A stretch of DNA of 64,000 nt from contig JBEKVJ010000003.1 of NCBI GenBank assembly GCA_049514105.1, positions 17,304 through 81,303 on the forward strand, given 5' to 3'. The notes below the pieces were generated by a model. It did not search any database. It was not told the origin of the DNA and worked only from the letters and a program-made list of their open reading frames with translations. The stretch comes from Acidimicrobiales bacterium (GTDB taxonomy: Bacteria; Actinomycetota; Acidimicrobiia; Acidimicrobiales; Bog-793). Below are positions 29,359 to 38,279 of this stretch, in pieces. The translations under genes were made by a program, and so were the position numbers. Each line of letters starts with the position of its first letter. The stretch's first letter is position 1.

Positions 29359-30621
29359 ATGGACCCGAACGTGAAGGGCGTCAACGCCGTAGAGATCCTC
29401 GACTCGCGGGGCAACCCGACTCTCGCGGTCACGATCACGCTCAGCGACGGCACCACGGCTCGTGCCGGGGTTCCCTCCGGCGCGTCGACGGGCTCGCGCG
29501 AGGCGGTAGAGCTTCGCGACGGCGACCCGGCCCGCTACGGTGGCAAAGGCGTCCTGAAGGCCGTCGCGAACGTCAACAGCGAGATCGCCGAGACGATCAC
29601 CGGTCGCCACTTTGCGGACCTGGCGGAGCTTGACCAGGCTCTGATCGAGCTGGACGGCACGGAGAACAAGGCCCGGCTCGGGGCCAACGCCATCGTCGGC
29701 GTGTCGATGGCAGCCGCGAGGGCAATCGCTCTGTCCGCCGGGGTACCGCTATGGCGATCGCTGAACCCCTCCGGTGTGACGCCGCGCCTGCCCGTACCTC
29801 ACTTCAACGTCGTCAACGGTGGGGCGCACGCGCCGAACAAGCTCGACTTCCAGGAGTTCATGGTGGCCCCGCTCGGGGCGCCGAACATGGCAGAAGCGGT
29901 CCGCGCGGGGGCCGAGGTCTACGTGGCGCTGCGCAAGCTGCTATCCGGCAAGGGATTCGCGACCGGCCTCGGCGACGAGGGTGGCTTCGCACCGGAGATC
30001 GACGAGCCCGAAGAGGTCCTTGGCCTGCTCGTCACGGCAATCGAGCAGGCCGGGTATCGGCCCGGGCGCGACGGCGTAGCGATCGCCCTCGACCCGGCCG
30101 CGAGCGAGTTCTACCGCGACGGCAGTTACCACGTCGCCGGAGAGAGCCTCTCGAGCGACGACATGATCGAGCGCTACGACAAGATCATCACCGACTTCCC
30201 CGTGTGGAGCCTCGAGGACGGCCTGGCTGAGGGCGACTGGGACGGCTGGGTTCGCCTCACGGATCGGCTCGGCGAGCGCCTCCAGATCGTTGGCGACGAC
30301 ATCCTCGTGACCAACCCGGCGATCATCGCCGAGGCGATCAGGCGCCACGCCGGCAACTCGGCTCTCATCAAGGTCAACCAGATCGGTTCCGTGACTGAGA
30401 CCCTCGCCGCGATCGCCCTGTGCCGACAGGCCGGCTGGACCCAGATGGTGTCGCACCGCTCGGGCGAGACCGAGGACACCTTCATCGCCGACCTCGTCGT
30501 AGGCTCGGGCTCGGGCCAACTCAAGACGGGCGCTCCGGCTCGTGGCGAGCGGGTGGCGAAGTACAACCGCCTCATCGAGATCGAGGCTTCGGAGTCATTG
30601 CCCTACGGCCTCGTCGGCTAA
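29359..30621 (+). CDS. eno: Enolase
   Basis: EILDSRGNPT, VPSGASTG, GDEGGFAP, IKVNQIG, SHRSGETED, KTGA..R.ER.AKYN. Confidence 0.97.
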   Translation: MDPNVKGVNAVEILDSRGNPTLAVTITLSDGTTARAGVPSGASTGSREAVELRDGDPARYGGKGVLKAVANVNSEIAETITGRHFADLAELDQALIELDGTENKARLGANAIVGVSMAAARAIALSAGVPLWRSLNPSGVTPRLPVPHFNVVNGGAHAPNKLDFQEFMVAPLGAPNMAEAVRAGAEVYVALRKLLSGKGFATGLGDEGGFAPEIDEPEEVLGLLVTAIEQAGYRPGRDGVAIALDPAASEFYRDGSYHVAGESLSSDDMIERYDKIITDFPVWSLEDGLAEGDWDGWVRLTDRLGERLQIVGDDILVTNPAIIAEAIRRHAGNSALIKVNQIGSVTETLAAIALCRQAGWTQMVSHRSGETEDTFIADLVVGSGSGQLKTGAPARGERVAKYNRLIEIEASESLPYGLVG

Positions 30622-30637
30622 GCGCGGGCACCCGCGC
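30622..30637 (+). terminator. Short GC inverted repeat after the eno stop
   Basis: GCGCGGG-CA-CCCGCGC. Confidence 0.3.
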
Positions 30638-30683
30638 CAAGCGCGGGTTGCAGGAGGTTCTTTCCGAACAGCTAGGCTGACCG

Positions 30684-30779
30684 CGTCGGATGAGGCTCCG
30701 GCGGGCGACCTGTACCCACAGCTAGGCAACTCGACTGGCTGTGTAGCCCGAACTGCCCTGCGGGGCTGATGGCCTCTGC
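30684..30779 (+). ncRNA. Fluoride riboswitch (crcB motif) with an inserted P2 stem
   Basis: P1 CGTCGG/CCGGCG encloses ATGAGGCT; GAACT-GCCC-TGCG-GGGC-TGATG-GCCTC; pseudoknot GAGGCT/GGCCTC; TAGGCT -10-like element at 30673-30678. Confidence 0.88.
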
Positions 30780-30809
30780 GCTCGGAACAGTGACGCGTGG
30801 AGGACATGA

Positions 30810-31775
30810 GTGGCAGGATCCGAACTGGCCCCGGCCGAGATCCAGATACTGCAGGACTTGACGATCCTTGTCTTCGCGCCGTTTGTCAGCGGCGTCGTCG
30901 CCCACCTAGAGGCACGCCTGCAGGGCCGCCGCGGCCCCCGCATCCTGCAGCCTTACTACGACATCACGAAGCTCTTCTGTAAAGAGACCCTCGTCCCCGA
31001 GGACGCCAGCTGGGTCTTCCTCGCCGGTCCGGTCGTCGCCTTCGCCTGTTACCTCACGGTCCCTCTTCTCATCCCAGTCCTTACCCAGTACCCGCTCCCG
31101 CTCGGCTACATGGGCGACATCTTGGGTGGAGGCTTCATCCTCTCCCTCGCCGGGTTTGCCGTCGCCTTGGCGGCACTCGAGAGCGGCGGGCCGTACGCGC
31201 AACTGGGCAGCAGCAGGGCGATGACCTTCGGGGCGCTAATCGAACCCTCGATCCTGTTCGTAACTTTCACCGTCGCCCTCGTTACCGCCACCGACCTGCC
31301 TTACTTCGAGGCGGCCGCGGTCCGCTCGTCGCTCGGCCAGGCGATCGACCCCGCTCATCTGCTCGCAGCCGTGGCGTTCTTCCTCGTCGTCCTGAACGAC
31401 ACGAGCCGGATCCCAGTCGAGACCCATGCCAGCACGCTCGAGTTCGGCATGATCGACGAAGCACGCACCTTGGAGCATTCAGGACCCGCTTTCGCGTTGT
31501 TGAAGTGGGGCTCGGCCATGAAGCAGCTGATTCTCTATGTGATCTTGATCAACGTCTTCGCGGCACCGTTCGGCGAGGCGGGATCGCGTCAAATCGGCCC
31601 AGTGCTCCTGGCGATCCCTGCCTTTATCGGCAAGGCACTCGGCGTTGGGGCGATCTTCGCTGTTATCGACAGCAGCTTCTCGAAGCTCCGTCTTTTCAAG
31701 ATCACCGAGTTCATGGCGGTCGCCTTCCTGCTCGCAGTGCTCGCTGTCTTAGTGCTGTTCCTCGGAGCCCGTTAG
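30810..31775 (+). CDS. HyfC/HycD-like membrane subunit (NuoH family)
   Basis: ARLQGRRGP.I.QPYYD..KL..KE, G....GSSR, R.P, K.RLFK..EF. Confidence 0.9.
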   Translation: MAGSELAPAEIQILQDLTILVFAPFVSGVVAHLEARLQGRRGPRILQPYYDITKLFCKETLVPEDASWVFLAGPVVAFACYLTVPLLIPVLTQYPLPLGYMGDILGGGFILSLAGFAVALAALESGGPYAQLGSSRAMTFGALIEPSILFVTFTVALVTATDLPYFEAAAVRSSLGQAIDPAHLLAAVAFFLVVLNDTSRIPVETHASTLEFGMIDEARTLEHSGPAFALLKWGSAMKQLILYVILINVFAAPFGEAGSRQIGPVLLAIPAFIGKALGVGAIFAVIDSSFSKLRLFKITEFMAVAFLLAVLAVLVLFLGAR

Positions 31776-32450
31776 ATGGCCGCGCTCGGCACGTCACCGA
31801 CGACACTTACCGACGCCGCAGACGTCCTCGCGCTATTAGTGCTCTTGAGCGAGTTCGCCATGCTGCGCTCCTCGCTCTCGCGCTCCCAGGTGCGCCTTTA
31901 CGCCTTCCAGTCGCTGTGCGTGAGCGTTCTCGCCGGCTTTGTTGCCGCCACCCGGCACATCGGCGAGCTCTACGGCCTGATGGGAATGTCCTTTGTCTTG
32001 AAGGTCATCGTCGTGCCCATGATCATTCTCAGGCTCGTCAAAGAGGTGCGCGTCGACGTCACCGACAGCCATCGCCTCGGAGTCGCCACGATGGTGTTGC
32101 TGGCAATCGTGCTGTCCGTGTTCGGAATTTTCGTCGTAGGTCGCCTGCCCGTACATTCGAAGTCTTTGCCGATCCTCGCCCTCGCCCTCGCCGCGGCGGT
32201 CATCCTCGTCTCGTTCCTGCTCGTGATCGTCCGCAACGACGTCGTCTCGCAGGCGATCGGCTTCTTCTCCCTAGAGAACGGCGTCTCGGTCGCGAGCCTG
32301 GTCTTGGCGGCGGGCCTCCCGCTAATCGTCGAATTGGCGTTCCTCTTCGACCTCCTCGTGGCCGTCGTGGTCTTCGGCCTTTTGATGCGGGTGCACCACG
32401 GGCGCGCACGCACGCTCTCGACCCGTACCCTCGATCGGCTGCGGGGCTAA
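31776..32450 (+). CDS. HyfE-like membrane subunit
   Basis: Y..QS, K....P, Q.IGF...ENG, P..VEL...FDL, L..LRG. Confidence 0.85.
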   Translation: MAALGTSPTTLTDAADVLALLVLLSEFAMLRSSLSRSQVRLYAFQSLCVSVLAGFVAATRHIGELYGLMGMSFVLKVIVVPMIILRLVKEVRVDVTDSHRLGVATMVLLAIVLSVFGIFVVGRLPVHSKSLPILALALAAAVILVSFLLVIVRNDVVSQAIGFFSLENGVSVASLVLAAGLPLIVELAFLFDLLVAVVVFGLLMRVHHGRARTLSTRTLDRLRG

Positions 32451-33905
32451 ATGAGCGCCGTCCTCATCGCCATCCTTGTTGTCCCGCTGGTGGCTAGCCT
32501 CGTGTGCCTAAGGGCGCCGGTGCGGCTCGCGAAGGCGATCTCGCTCTTGAGCGGTGTCGCAACCTTCGGGCTCGCTCTCGTTCTCGTCCCCTCCCACGAG
32601 GTGGCGTCCGCACTATCCGGGTGGCTGCGGGCTGACGCCCTCTCGGTCGTCTTCCTTGTCGCGGTGACGTTCCTCTACAGCGCCACAACGGTCTTCGCGA
32701 TCGGCTACCTACGCCCCGGCAAGGGTTCGCCCGAAGCGCGTTACGCGCGCCGGTTCTTCACCGGCTTGAACCTGTTCGCCTGGGCCATGGCCATGACTCC
32801 AGTCGTGAACGGTTTGGCACTTTTGTGGGTCGCGGTAGAGGTCACGACAGTCGTCTCGGCTCTTCTCGTCGCGATCGGTGATACCGACGGCGCCGTCGAG
32901 GCGGCCTGGAAGTATGTCCTGATCGCTTCCATGGGCCTCGGCGTCGCCTTGTTGGCGACGGTGTTCATGTACTACGCCGGCAGCTCTGTGCTGGGCGGGT
33001 CCTACGAGATCTTCTACCCGAAGCTGCTGGCGGCTGCGGCCCACTTCCCACCGGAGATAGTGCGCTTGTCCTTCGGCCTGGCCGTGCTGGGCTTCGGCAC
33101 GAAGATGGGCCTGGTGCCGGTGCACACCTGGCTCCCCGACGCTCACTCTGAGGCACCCACCCCCGTCTCGGCACTGTTATCGGGGGCGCTGCTCACAGTG
33201 AGCTTCTACGCTATCTTGCGCTTCTATCAAGTGACCGTTAAGGCGATCGGCCCAGCCTTTCCCCGCGACATACTGCTCGTCTTCGGCCTCGCGTCGCTGG
33301 TGCTCGCCGCCTCCTACCTCGCAAGCCAACGCGACTTAAAGCGCATCTTTGCCTACTCCAGCATCGAGCACATGGGCATCCTCGCCATCGGGATGAGCTT
33401 CTCCGCGCCGATCGCGGTGATCGGGGTGCTGTTGCACGTCCTCGCCCACGCAGCGGCCAAGGCAACTGCCTTCTTCGGCACGGGCAGCGTCATCGCCAAG
33501 TTCGGCACCAAGGACATGAGCCGCATCCAAGGCGGCGTCGGGGCGTTGCCCTGGAGCGGACCGATGCTCCTGCTCGCGGTTCTCGCGCTCGGCGCCATGC
33601 CTCCTTTCGGAGTGTTCCGTAGCGAGTTCCTCATCGTTCAAGGTGGACTCCTGCAGGGAGCTTCCGCCCTGTCGGCGGTGCTCGTCGTCTTCGTCACCTG
33701 CGCCTTCTTGGGGCTCTCGTGGTCGGTTAGCCAGACGATGCTCACCCCGACGGCTGATGGGGTCCTACGGGGCGAAGTGAGCGCCTGGATGGCTGCCTCG
33801 ATGGTGATCGGCCTGGCCGGGCTCCTCCTGCTCGGCGTGCATCCCCCGTCTCAACTCTCCGGTTTGCTGGAGAGGGCGGCGGCAGAGCTCGGAGCTCACC
33901 GGTGA
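32451..33905 (+). CDS. HyfF-like proton-translocating antiporter-like subunit
   Basis: EAAWKY, GFGTK.GL.P.HTWLPDAHSEAP.PVSALLSG, KR..AYSSIEHMG. Confidence 0.92.
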   Translation: MSAVLIAILVVPLVASLVCLRAPVRLAKAISLLSGVATFGLALVLVPSHEVASALSGWLRADALSVVFLVAVTFLYSATTVFAIGYLRPGKGSPEARYARRFFTGLNLFAWAMAMTPVVNGLALLWVAVEVTTVVSALLVAIGDTDGAVEAAWKYVLIASMGLGVALLATVFMYYAGSSVLGGSYEIFYPKLLAAAAHFPPEIVRLSFGLAVLGFGTKMGLVPVHTWLPDAHSEAPTPVSALLSGALLTVSFYAILRFYQVTVKAIGPAFPRDILLVFGLASLVLAASYLASQRDLKRIFAYSSIEHMGILAIGMSFSAPIAVIGVLLHVLAHAAAKATAFFGTGSVIAKFGTKDMSRIQGGVGALPWSGPMLLLAVLALGAMPPFGVFRSEFLIVQGGLLQGASALSAVLVVFVTCAFLGLSWSVSQTMLTPTADGVLRGEVSAWMAASMVIGLAGLLLLGVHPPSQLSGLLERAAAELGAHR

Positions 33906-35407
33906 GCGCCCGATTCAGCCTCGAGACGCTCGAGACGTACGAGCTTGGCGGTGCCGTCGCCCGGCGCCTCTCGGAGGGGTCACGCTTCGCGGGCCTGTTC
34001 GCATCTGCTAAGAGCGACGGATCGACCGTACTCCGGGCGTTATTGGCCCAGCGCGGTCAACGTCAGATCCTCGCGGCACGTCTCGACCCGGGGACGAACC
34101 ACTACCCCGCCCTCAGCGCGCTGGTGAGCGCCTCCTCCTGGTACGAACGGGAGATCCACGACCTTTTCGGCATCGAGCCCGTTGGACACCCGCGACTCGA
34201 GCCGCTCCTGCTCGCCCTCGGCCAAGACGAGCGGTGGCGACCTCGCCCAGGGTCCCAGCGAGCTCATGAGCAGGGACTGCCCGTGCTCGACGACGCGACG
34301 CTTTCGAGCCACGTAGCCGGCCAGGGCCTGTTCACAATCCCTCACGGACCGGTTCGCTCGGGCATCTTCGAGTCTGTGGAGTACCTCGTCGAGACCTTCG
34401 GCGAGGACATCGCTTACCTGCAAAGTCGCGTCCACTACAAGCACCGGGGAATCGAGGTGCGCTTCGGCGAGCTCGGGCCCGACGACGGCGTGCTGCTCGC
34501 CGAGCGCGTCGAGGGAACTGCCGCGGTCGCGCATGGCCTCGCGTACTGCGAGGCCCTCGAAGGGCTCTCCCCGCTCCAGGTGCCGCGGGGCGCTCAGCTG
34601 GTGCGTGTCCTGCACGCCGAGCTGGAACGAGTGGCGAGCCACCTCGACTCTGTTGCCCGCCAGAGCGAAGGTGCCGGCCAGTCGGTCGCCTACGCGCGCA
34701 TGACCCTGCACAAAGAGCGAGTACAAAGGCTCCGGGCACAGCTGTGCGGGCACCGCTTCGGGCGAGGAGTCGTCGTGCCGGGAGGCGTCACCGGGCCTTT
34801 GCGACTGGCTCGCGCAGAGGCTCTCGAGGCCCTTCAGGTCATACAAGGCGCCATCGCGGACGACGCCAGATCGCTTATGAGCACTCCGTCGTTCCTGGAC
34901 CGTCTCCGTCATACCGGCGTGATCACGCCGGCTGTCGCGGCCGCCCACGGTGCTCTTGGCCCGGTCGGACGCGGTTCTGGGCTTGCCGCCGACGTCCGAT
35001 CCGAGCGCCCGTACGGTGCCTACGCGGAGCTCGGATTCGAGCCGGCGGAGCCATCGTCGGCAGGTGACGCTCTCGCACGCCAACAGGTCCGCCTCGATGA
35101 GATCATCACCGCCTTCCACATCGCACGCCAAGCGCTCGACGAGCTCAGTGAGGAGGACGACACTGCTCCGTGGCGCGTCGCGCTGGCCCCTGTCGACGGG
35201 CTCGGACTCGGCTGTGTCGAGGCGCCCCAGGGAGAGCTCGTGTATCTCGTCGAGACCGTGGGGGGTCGACTCGAACGGGTGAAGCAACGTTCGGCTTCAT
35301 TCCACAACCTGGCACTGTTCCCCGCGGCCTTCGGTGGAGACATCCTCACCGACTTCACCTTCATCGAGGCCAGCTTCGGCCTCTCGCTGGCTGGGGTGGC
35401 GGGCTGA
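33902..35407 (+). CDS. HyfG/HycE-like large subunit (NuoC+NuoD fusion) lacking NiFe-binding cysteines
   Basis: WYEREIHDLFG, YKHRGIE, AELER..SHL, VEAP.GE; RVEGTAA in place of RxCxxC; SFGLSLAG in place of DPCxxC. Confidence 0.9.
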   Translation: MSARFSLETLETYELGGAVARRLSEGSRFAGLFASAKSDGSTVLRALLAQRGQRQILAARLDPGTNHYPALSALVSASSWYEREIHDLFGIEPVGHPRLEPLLLALGQDERWRPRPGSQRAHEQGLPVLDDATLSSHVAGQGLFTIPHGPVRSGIFESVEYLVETFGEDIAYLQSRVHYKHRGIEVRFGELGPDDGVLLAERVEGTAAVAHGLAYCEALEGLSPLQVPRGAQLVRVLHAELERVASHLDSVARQSEGAGQSVAYARMTLHKERVQRLRAQLCGHRFGRGVVVPGGVTGPLRLARAEALEALQVIQGAIADDARSLMSTPSFLDRLRHTGVITPAVAAAHGALGPVGRGSGLAADVRSERPYGAYAELGFEPAEPSSAGDALARQQVRLDEIITAFHIARQALDELSEEDDTAPWRVALAPVDGLGLGCVEAPQGELVYLVETVGGRLERVKQRSASFHNLALFPAAFGGDILTDFTFIEASFGLSLAGVAG

Positions 35408-36222
35408 TGGCCTGGGTTCTCCGTGGCATTCGCGAGCGCATCATCACCACCGGGTACCCGAGACGCCCTGACGACTACGGGCCGGGCTTCATGGGCTCGG
35501 TCACCCTGATCGGCGGGCGCCTCGGCCATGCCGGCGAGACTCCGGCGCCGATCGAGAGCGCGGAGCACCACGGGGACTGGTCGCTTTGTCCGACAGCAGC
35601 CATCGAGGAGCGAGCCGATGGGATCACCCTTGATCGTGGCCGCTGCATTCTCTGCGGCCGCTGCGTCGCGGCCCGGCCCGACCTGTTCGCCTTCGAGCCG
35701 TCCCCAGAGGTCGCGGCGCTGCACCGTGGCGCGCTCTTCGTGCCGGATCGGCCGGAGAGCGACGAGGAGACCGAACGACTCCGGGCAGGGTTGCGGGCTC
35801 GCGTGAGGGCGCTGCGGCGCTCCGTGCATGTGCGCCACGTCGACGCCGGCTCGGACGGCTCGGAGGAGTGGGAGGTTGCCGCTCTCCTCAACCCCGTCTA
35901 TGACGTCCAACGCCTAGGGATCTTCTTCACGGCGAGCCCGCGCCATGCAGACCTGCTCCTTGTGACCGGGGCGGGGACCGAGGCCATGGTCGGACCCCTT
36001 CGCACCACCTACGAGGCGATGCCTGAGCCAAAGATCGTGCTCGCGGCCGGGACGGACGCCACGAGCGGTGGCCTGCTACGGCCGAGCTATGCACTTCGGG
36101 ACGGGGTTAGCTCGGTCTTGCCCGTCGACGTCTTCGTCCCGGGTTCACCTCCGAGCCCGTTCAGCCTGCTCCACGGGATCCTGCTCGCCATCGGGTTGCT
36201 GCCCGGGAGCGGTGCGAGATGA
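35407..36222 (+). CDS. Fused ferredoxin-like + HyfI/HycG (NuoB-like) small subunit, Cys-depleted
   Basis: ATG 35407 overlaps the upstream TGA; CP...CILCGRC, then VDAGSDGSEE.E, SPRHAD.LLVTG, Y..MP.PK, GTDA, VPGSPP. Confidence 0.88.
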   Translation: MAWVLRGIRERIITTGYPRRPDDYGPGFMGSVTLIGGRLGHAGETPAPIESAEHHGDWSLCPTAAIEERADGITLDRGRCILCGRCVAARPDLFAFEPSPEVAALHRGALFVPDRPESDEETERLRAGLRARVRALRRSVHVRHVDAGSDGSEEWEVAALLNPVYDVQRLGIFFTASPRHADLLLVTGAGTEAMVGPLRTTYEAMPEPKIVLAAGTDATSGGLLRPSYALRDGVSSVLPVDVFVPGSPPSPFSLLHGILLAIGLLPGSGAR

Positions 36223-38258
36223 CCGGCGTGCTGCTCGTCGTCGCCCTATTGCTCTTCGCCCTCGGCGCGACATTGGACCTGGTCCGGGGCAGCGGTGCGG
36301 CCTGGGCGCGAGTGGTTCCTTTCGTAGCCGGCATGGCAGGTGGCGGTCTCCTCGCAGCCGCGGGACTGCTCGCTGTCTACCACCCAGAAGGCGTCGTCTC
36401 CCTCGGCGCCATGCTGGGCGTCGGCCGCACCTCGCTCCGTCTCGATCCGTTGGCCGGGCTGTTCCTGACCCTCACCGGTGGCCTCGCCTCGGCGTTGTCT
36501 GCCTGTCTGGTCGGCTGGTCTCGCCCTGAGGGGCGTATCTCGGGGCGCGGCACCGCAGCTGGCTACCTTCTGCTGTTGGGCACGGTGACAGTGATCATCG
36601 TTGCCGGGGACGCCTTCACGTTTCTCTTCGGCTGGGAGGGCCTCACCATCGCCCTGTACGTGCTCGCTGGAGTCCGCCGAGCGGATCGAGCGAACGCCCG
36701 GGCCAGCTGGGCGACGCTCGGCATGGGCAAGATGAGCGGCGGGGCGCTGTTGTTGGCGTTCCTGCTCCTCGCCGGGCGCAGCGGCAGCCTCACCCTGGCC
36801 ACCTGGAGCCAGGTGCCCGGAGGCGCCCTTCGCGCTGGCGCCTTCGCGCTCCTCGTGGTCGGATTCGGGGCAAAGGTGGGGCTGCTGCCGTTCCAGGTCT
36901 GGGTGCCCATCGGGTACCCAGCAGCACCCGGGCCGATCCGTGCCGCGATGGCAGGCCTGGCGGCAAACGTCGGCTTCTACGGCCTCTGGCGCTTCCTGGG
37001 CATTCTCGGACGCCCGCCGATCTGGCTCGCAGTGACGGTGCTTGTCCTCGGTGGGCTCACCGCTCTCGTCGGGATCTGTTTCGCGGCGGTGCAGTCGCGC
37101 CTCAACCGTGCCATCGCCTTTTCGAGCGTCGAGAACGCCGGGATGATCCTCGTCGGCTACGGGGTCGCTCTCGCTGGTGCCACCTCTGCCAACCCCGAGA
37201 TCATCGCCGTCGGGCTCCTCGCTGCCAGCTTGCAGGTCGTGGCCCACGCTGTGGCCAAGTCAGGGCTCTACGCCTCCGGCGCGTTCATTACAGCCAACAA
37301 CGGCTCGGACGACCTCGAGACGCTCCGCGGTGCGGGAAGGCGCGCCCCGGTGAGCGGAGCCGCCTTCGCGCTCGGATCACTCACATTGGCCGGTCTCCCC
37401 CCGACAATCGGCTTCGTCTCGGAATGGTTCCTCCTCGAGGCACTCCTGCAGGAGTTCCGCCTCCACGAGCTGGCGCTCCGTCTCGCAATGGCAACCGCAG
37501 GCGCCCTCGTTGCTCTCACGACCGGGGTCGCCGCGTTCGCCTTCGTCCGCCTGATCGGCTTCGCCGTGCTCGGTCGGCCGGCGGTCTCGGGCGCGGACAA
37601 GAGCGACGACGGCGGACCCGTCGGCCGGGCGGGGCTCGTCCTCCTCGGCCTCGCGTGCATCGCGCCGTCGGCGCTCGCTCCCGTGCTCGTCCGCTTCCTC
37701 GCGCGTGGTTTGGCGCCTGTCGTCCCCGCCTCGTTCAGCGCGCAGGCACTCAAGGCGCCATGGGTTCTCCAGCCAGTTTTCTCTGGCTTCTCGATCCTCT
37801 CGCCATCGTGGCTGCTCGTCGAGCTGCCGATCGCCGTTGTCGTCGTCGGGCTCGTCGCATCAGTGCTATCGGGAGGCCGCTTCCTACGTATCCGCCGCGT
37901 GCCGGCGTGGCGCTCGGCCACCCCCGGGGTTGCCGGGCCGGACCGCTACAGCGCCTTCGGGTACGCCAACGTGTTGCGCCACGTGCTCGGCAACGTCCTC
38001 GGGGCGAGCCACACCGCTGAGGCCGTCGAGCCGGGTGGAGACAACTCTCCCGACGAGTCCCGGACCGGCACGCGCCTGCAGGTCATCATGAACGTGGTCG
38101 AGCCGGCGGAGGCTTACATCTACCGGCCGGCTCTGGCGGCGTGGCTTTTGCTATCCCGCATCGCCAAGAAGCTCCAGTCGGGCCGGCTCGACGCCTACAT
38201 CGCCTACATGCTCGTCGCACTGCTCGCGGTGCTAGCAGCTGTCGCGGCATTGCATTAG
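36219..38258 (+). CDS. HyfB/HycC-like proton-translocating antiporter-like subunit
   Basis: F..GWE, GFGAKVGLLP.QVW.P...PAAP, AFSSVEN.G, HAVAKS.L, LPP..GF.SEW, QSG....Y..Y. Confidence 0.9.
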   Translation: MTGVLLVVALLLFALGATLDLVRGSGAAWARVVPFVAGMAGGGLLAAAGLLAVYHPEGVVSLGAMLGVGRTSLRLDPLAGLFLTLTGGLASALSACLVGWSRPEGRISGRGTAAGYLLLLGTVTVIIVAGDAFTFLFGWEGLTIALYVLAGVRRADRANARASWATLGMGKMSGGALLLAFLLLAGRSGSLTLATWSQVPGGALRAGAFALLVVGFGAKVGLLPFQVWVPIGYPAAPGPIRAAMAGLAANVGFYGLWRFLGILGRPPIWLAVTVLVLGGLTALVGICFAAVQSRLNRAIAFSSVENAGMILVGYGVALAGATSANPEIIAVGLLAASLQVVAHAVAKSGLYASGAFITANNGSDDLETLRGAGRRAPVSGAAFALGSLTLAGLPPTIGFVSEWFLLEALLQEFRLHELALRLAMATAGALVALTTGVAAFAFVRLIGFAVLGRPAVSGADKSDDGGPVGRAGLVLLGLACIAPSALAPVLVRFLARGLAPVVPASFSAQALKAPWVLQPVFSGFSILSPSWLLVELPIAVVVVGLVASVLSGGRFLRIRRVPAWRSATPGVAGPDRYSAFGYANVLRHVLGNVLGASHTAEAVEPGGDNSPDESRTGTRLQVIMNVVEPAEAYIYRPALAAWLLLSRIAKKLQSGRLDAYIAYMLVALLAVLAAVAALH

Positions 38259-38279
38259 GCCCACGACTCGGAGGCGGTC

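Noticed and set aside
30810..38258. Functional group 4 [NiFe] hydrogenase / formate hydrogenlyase
   Set aside because: Ni-binding CxxC pairs are absent, small-subunit cysteines are absent, and there are no hyp or fdh genes in the window
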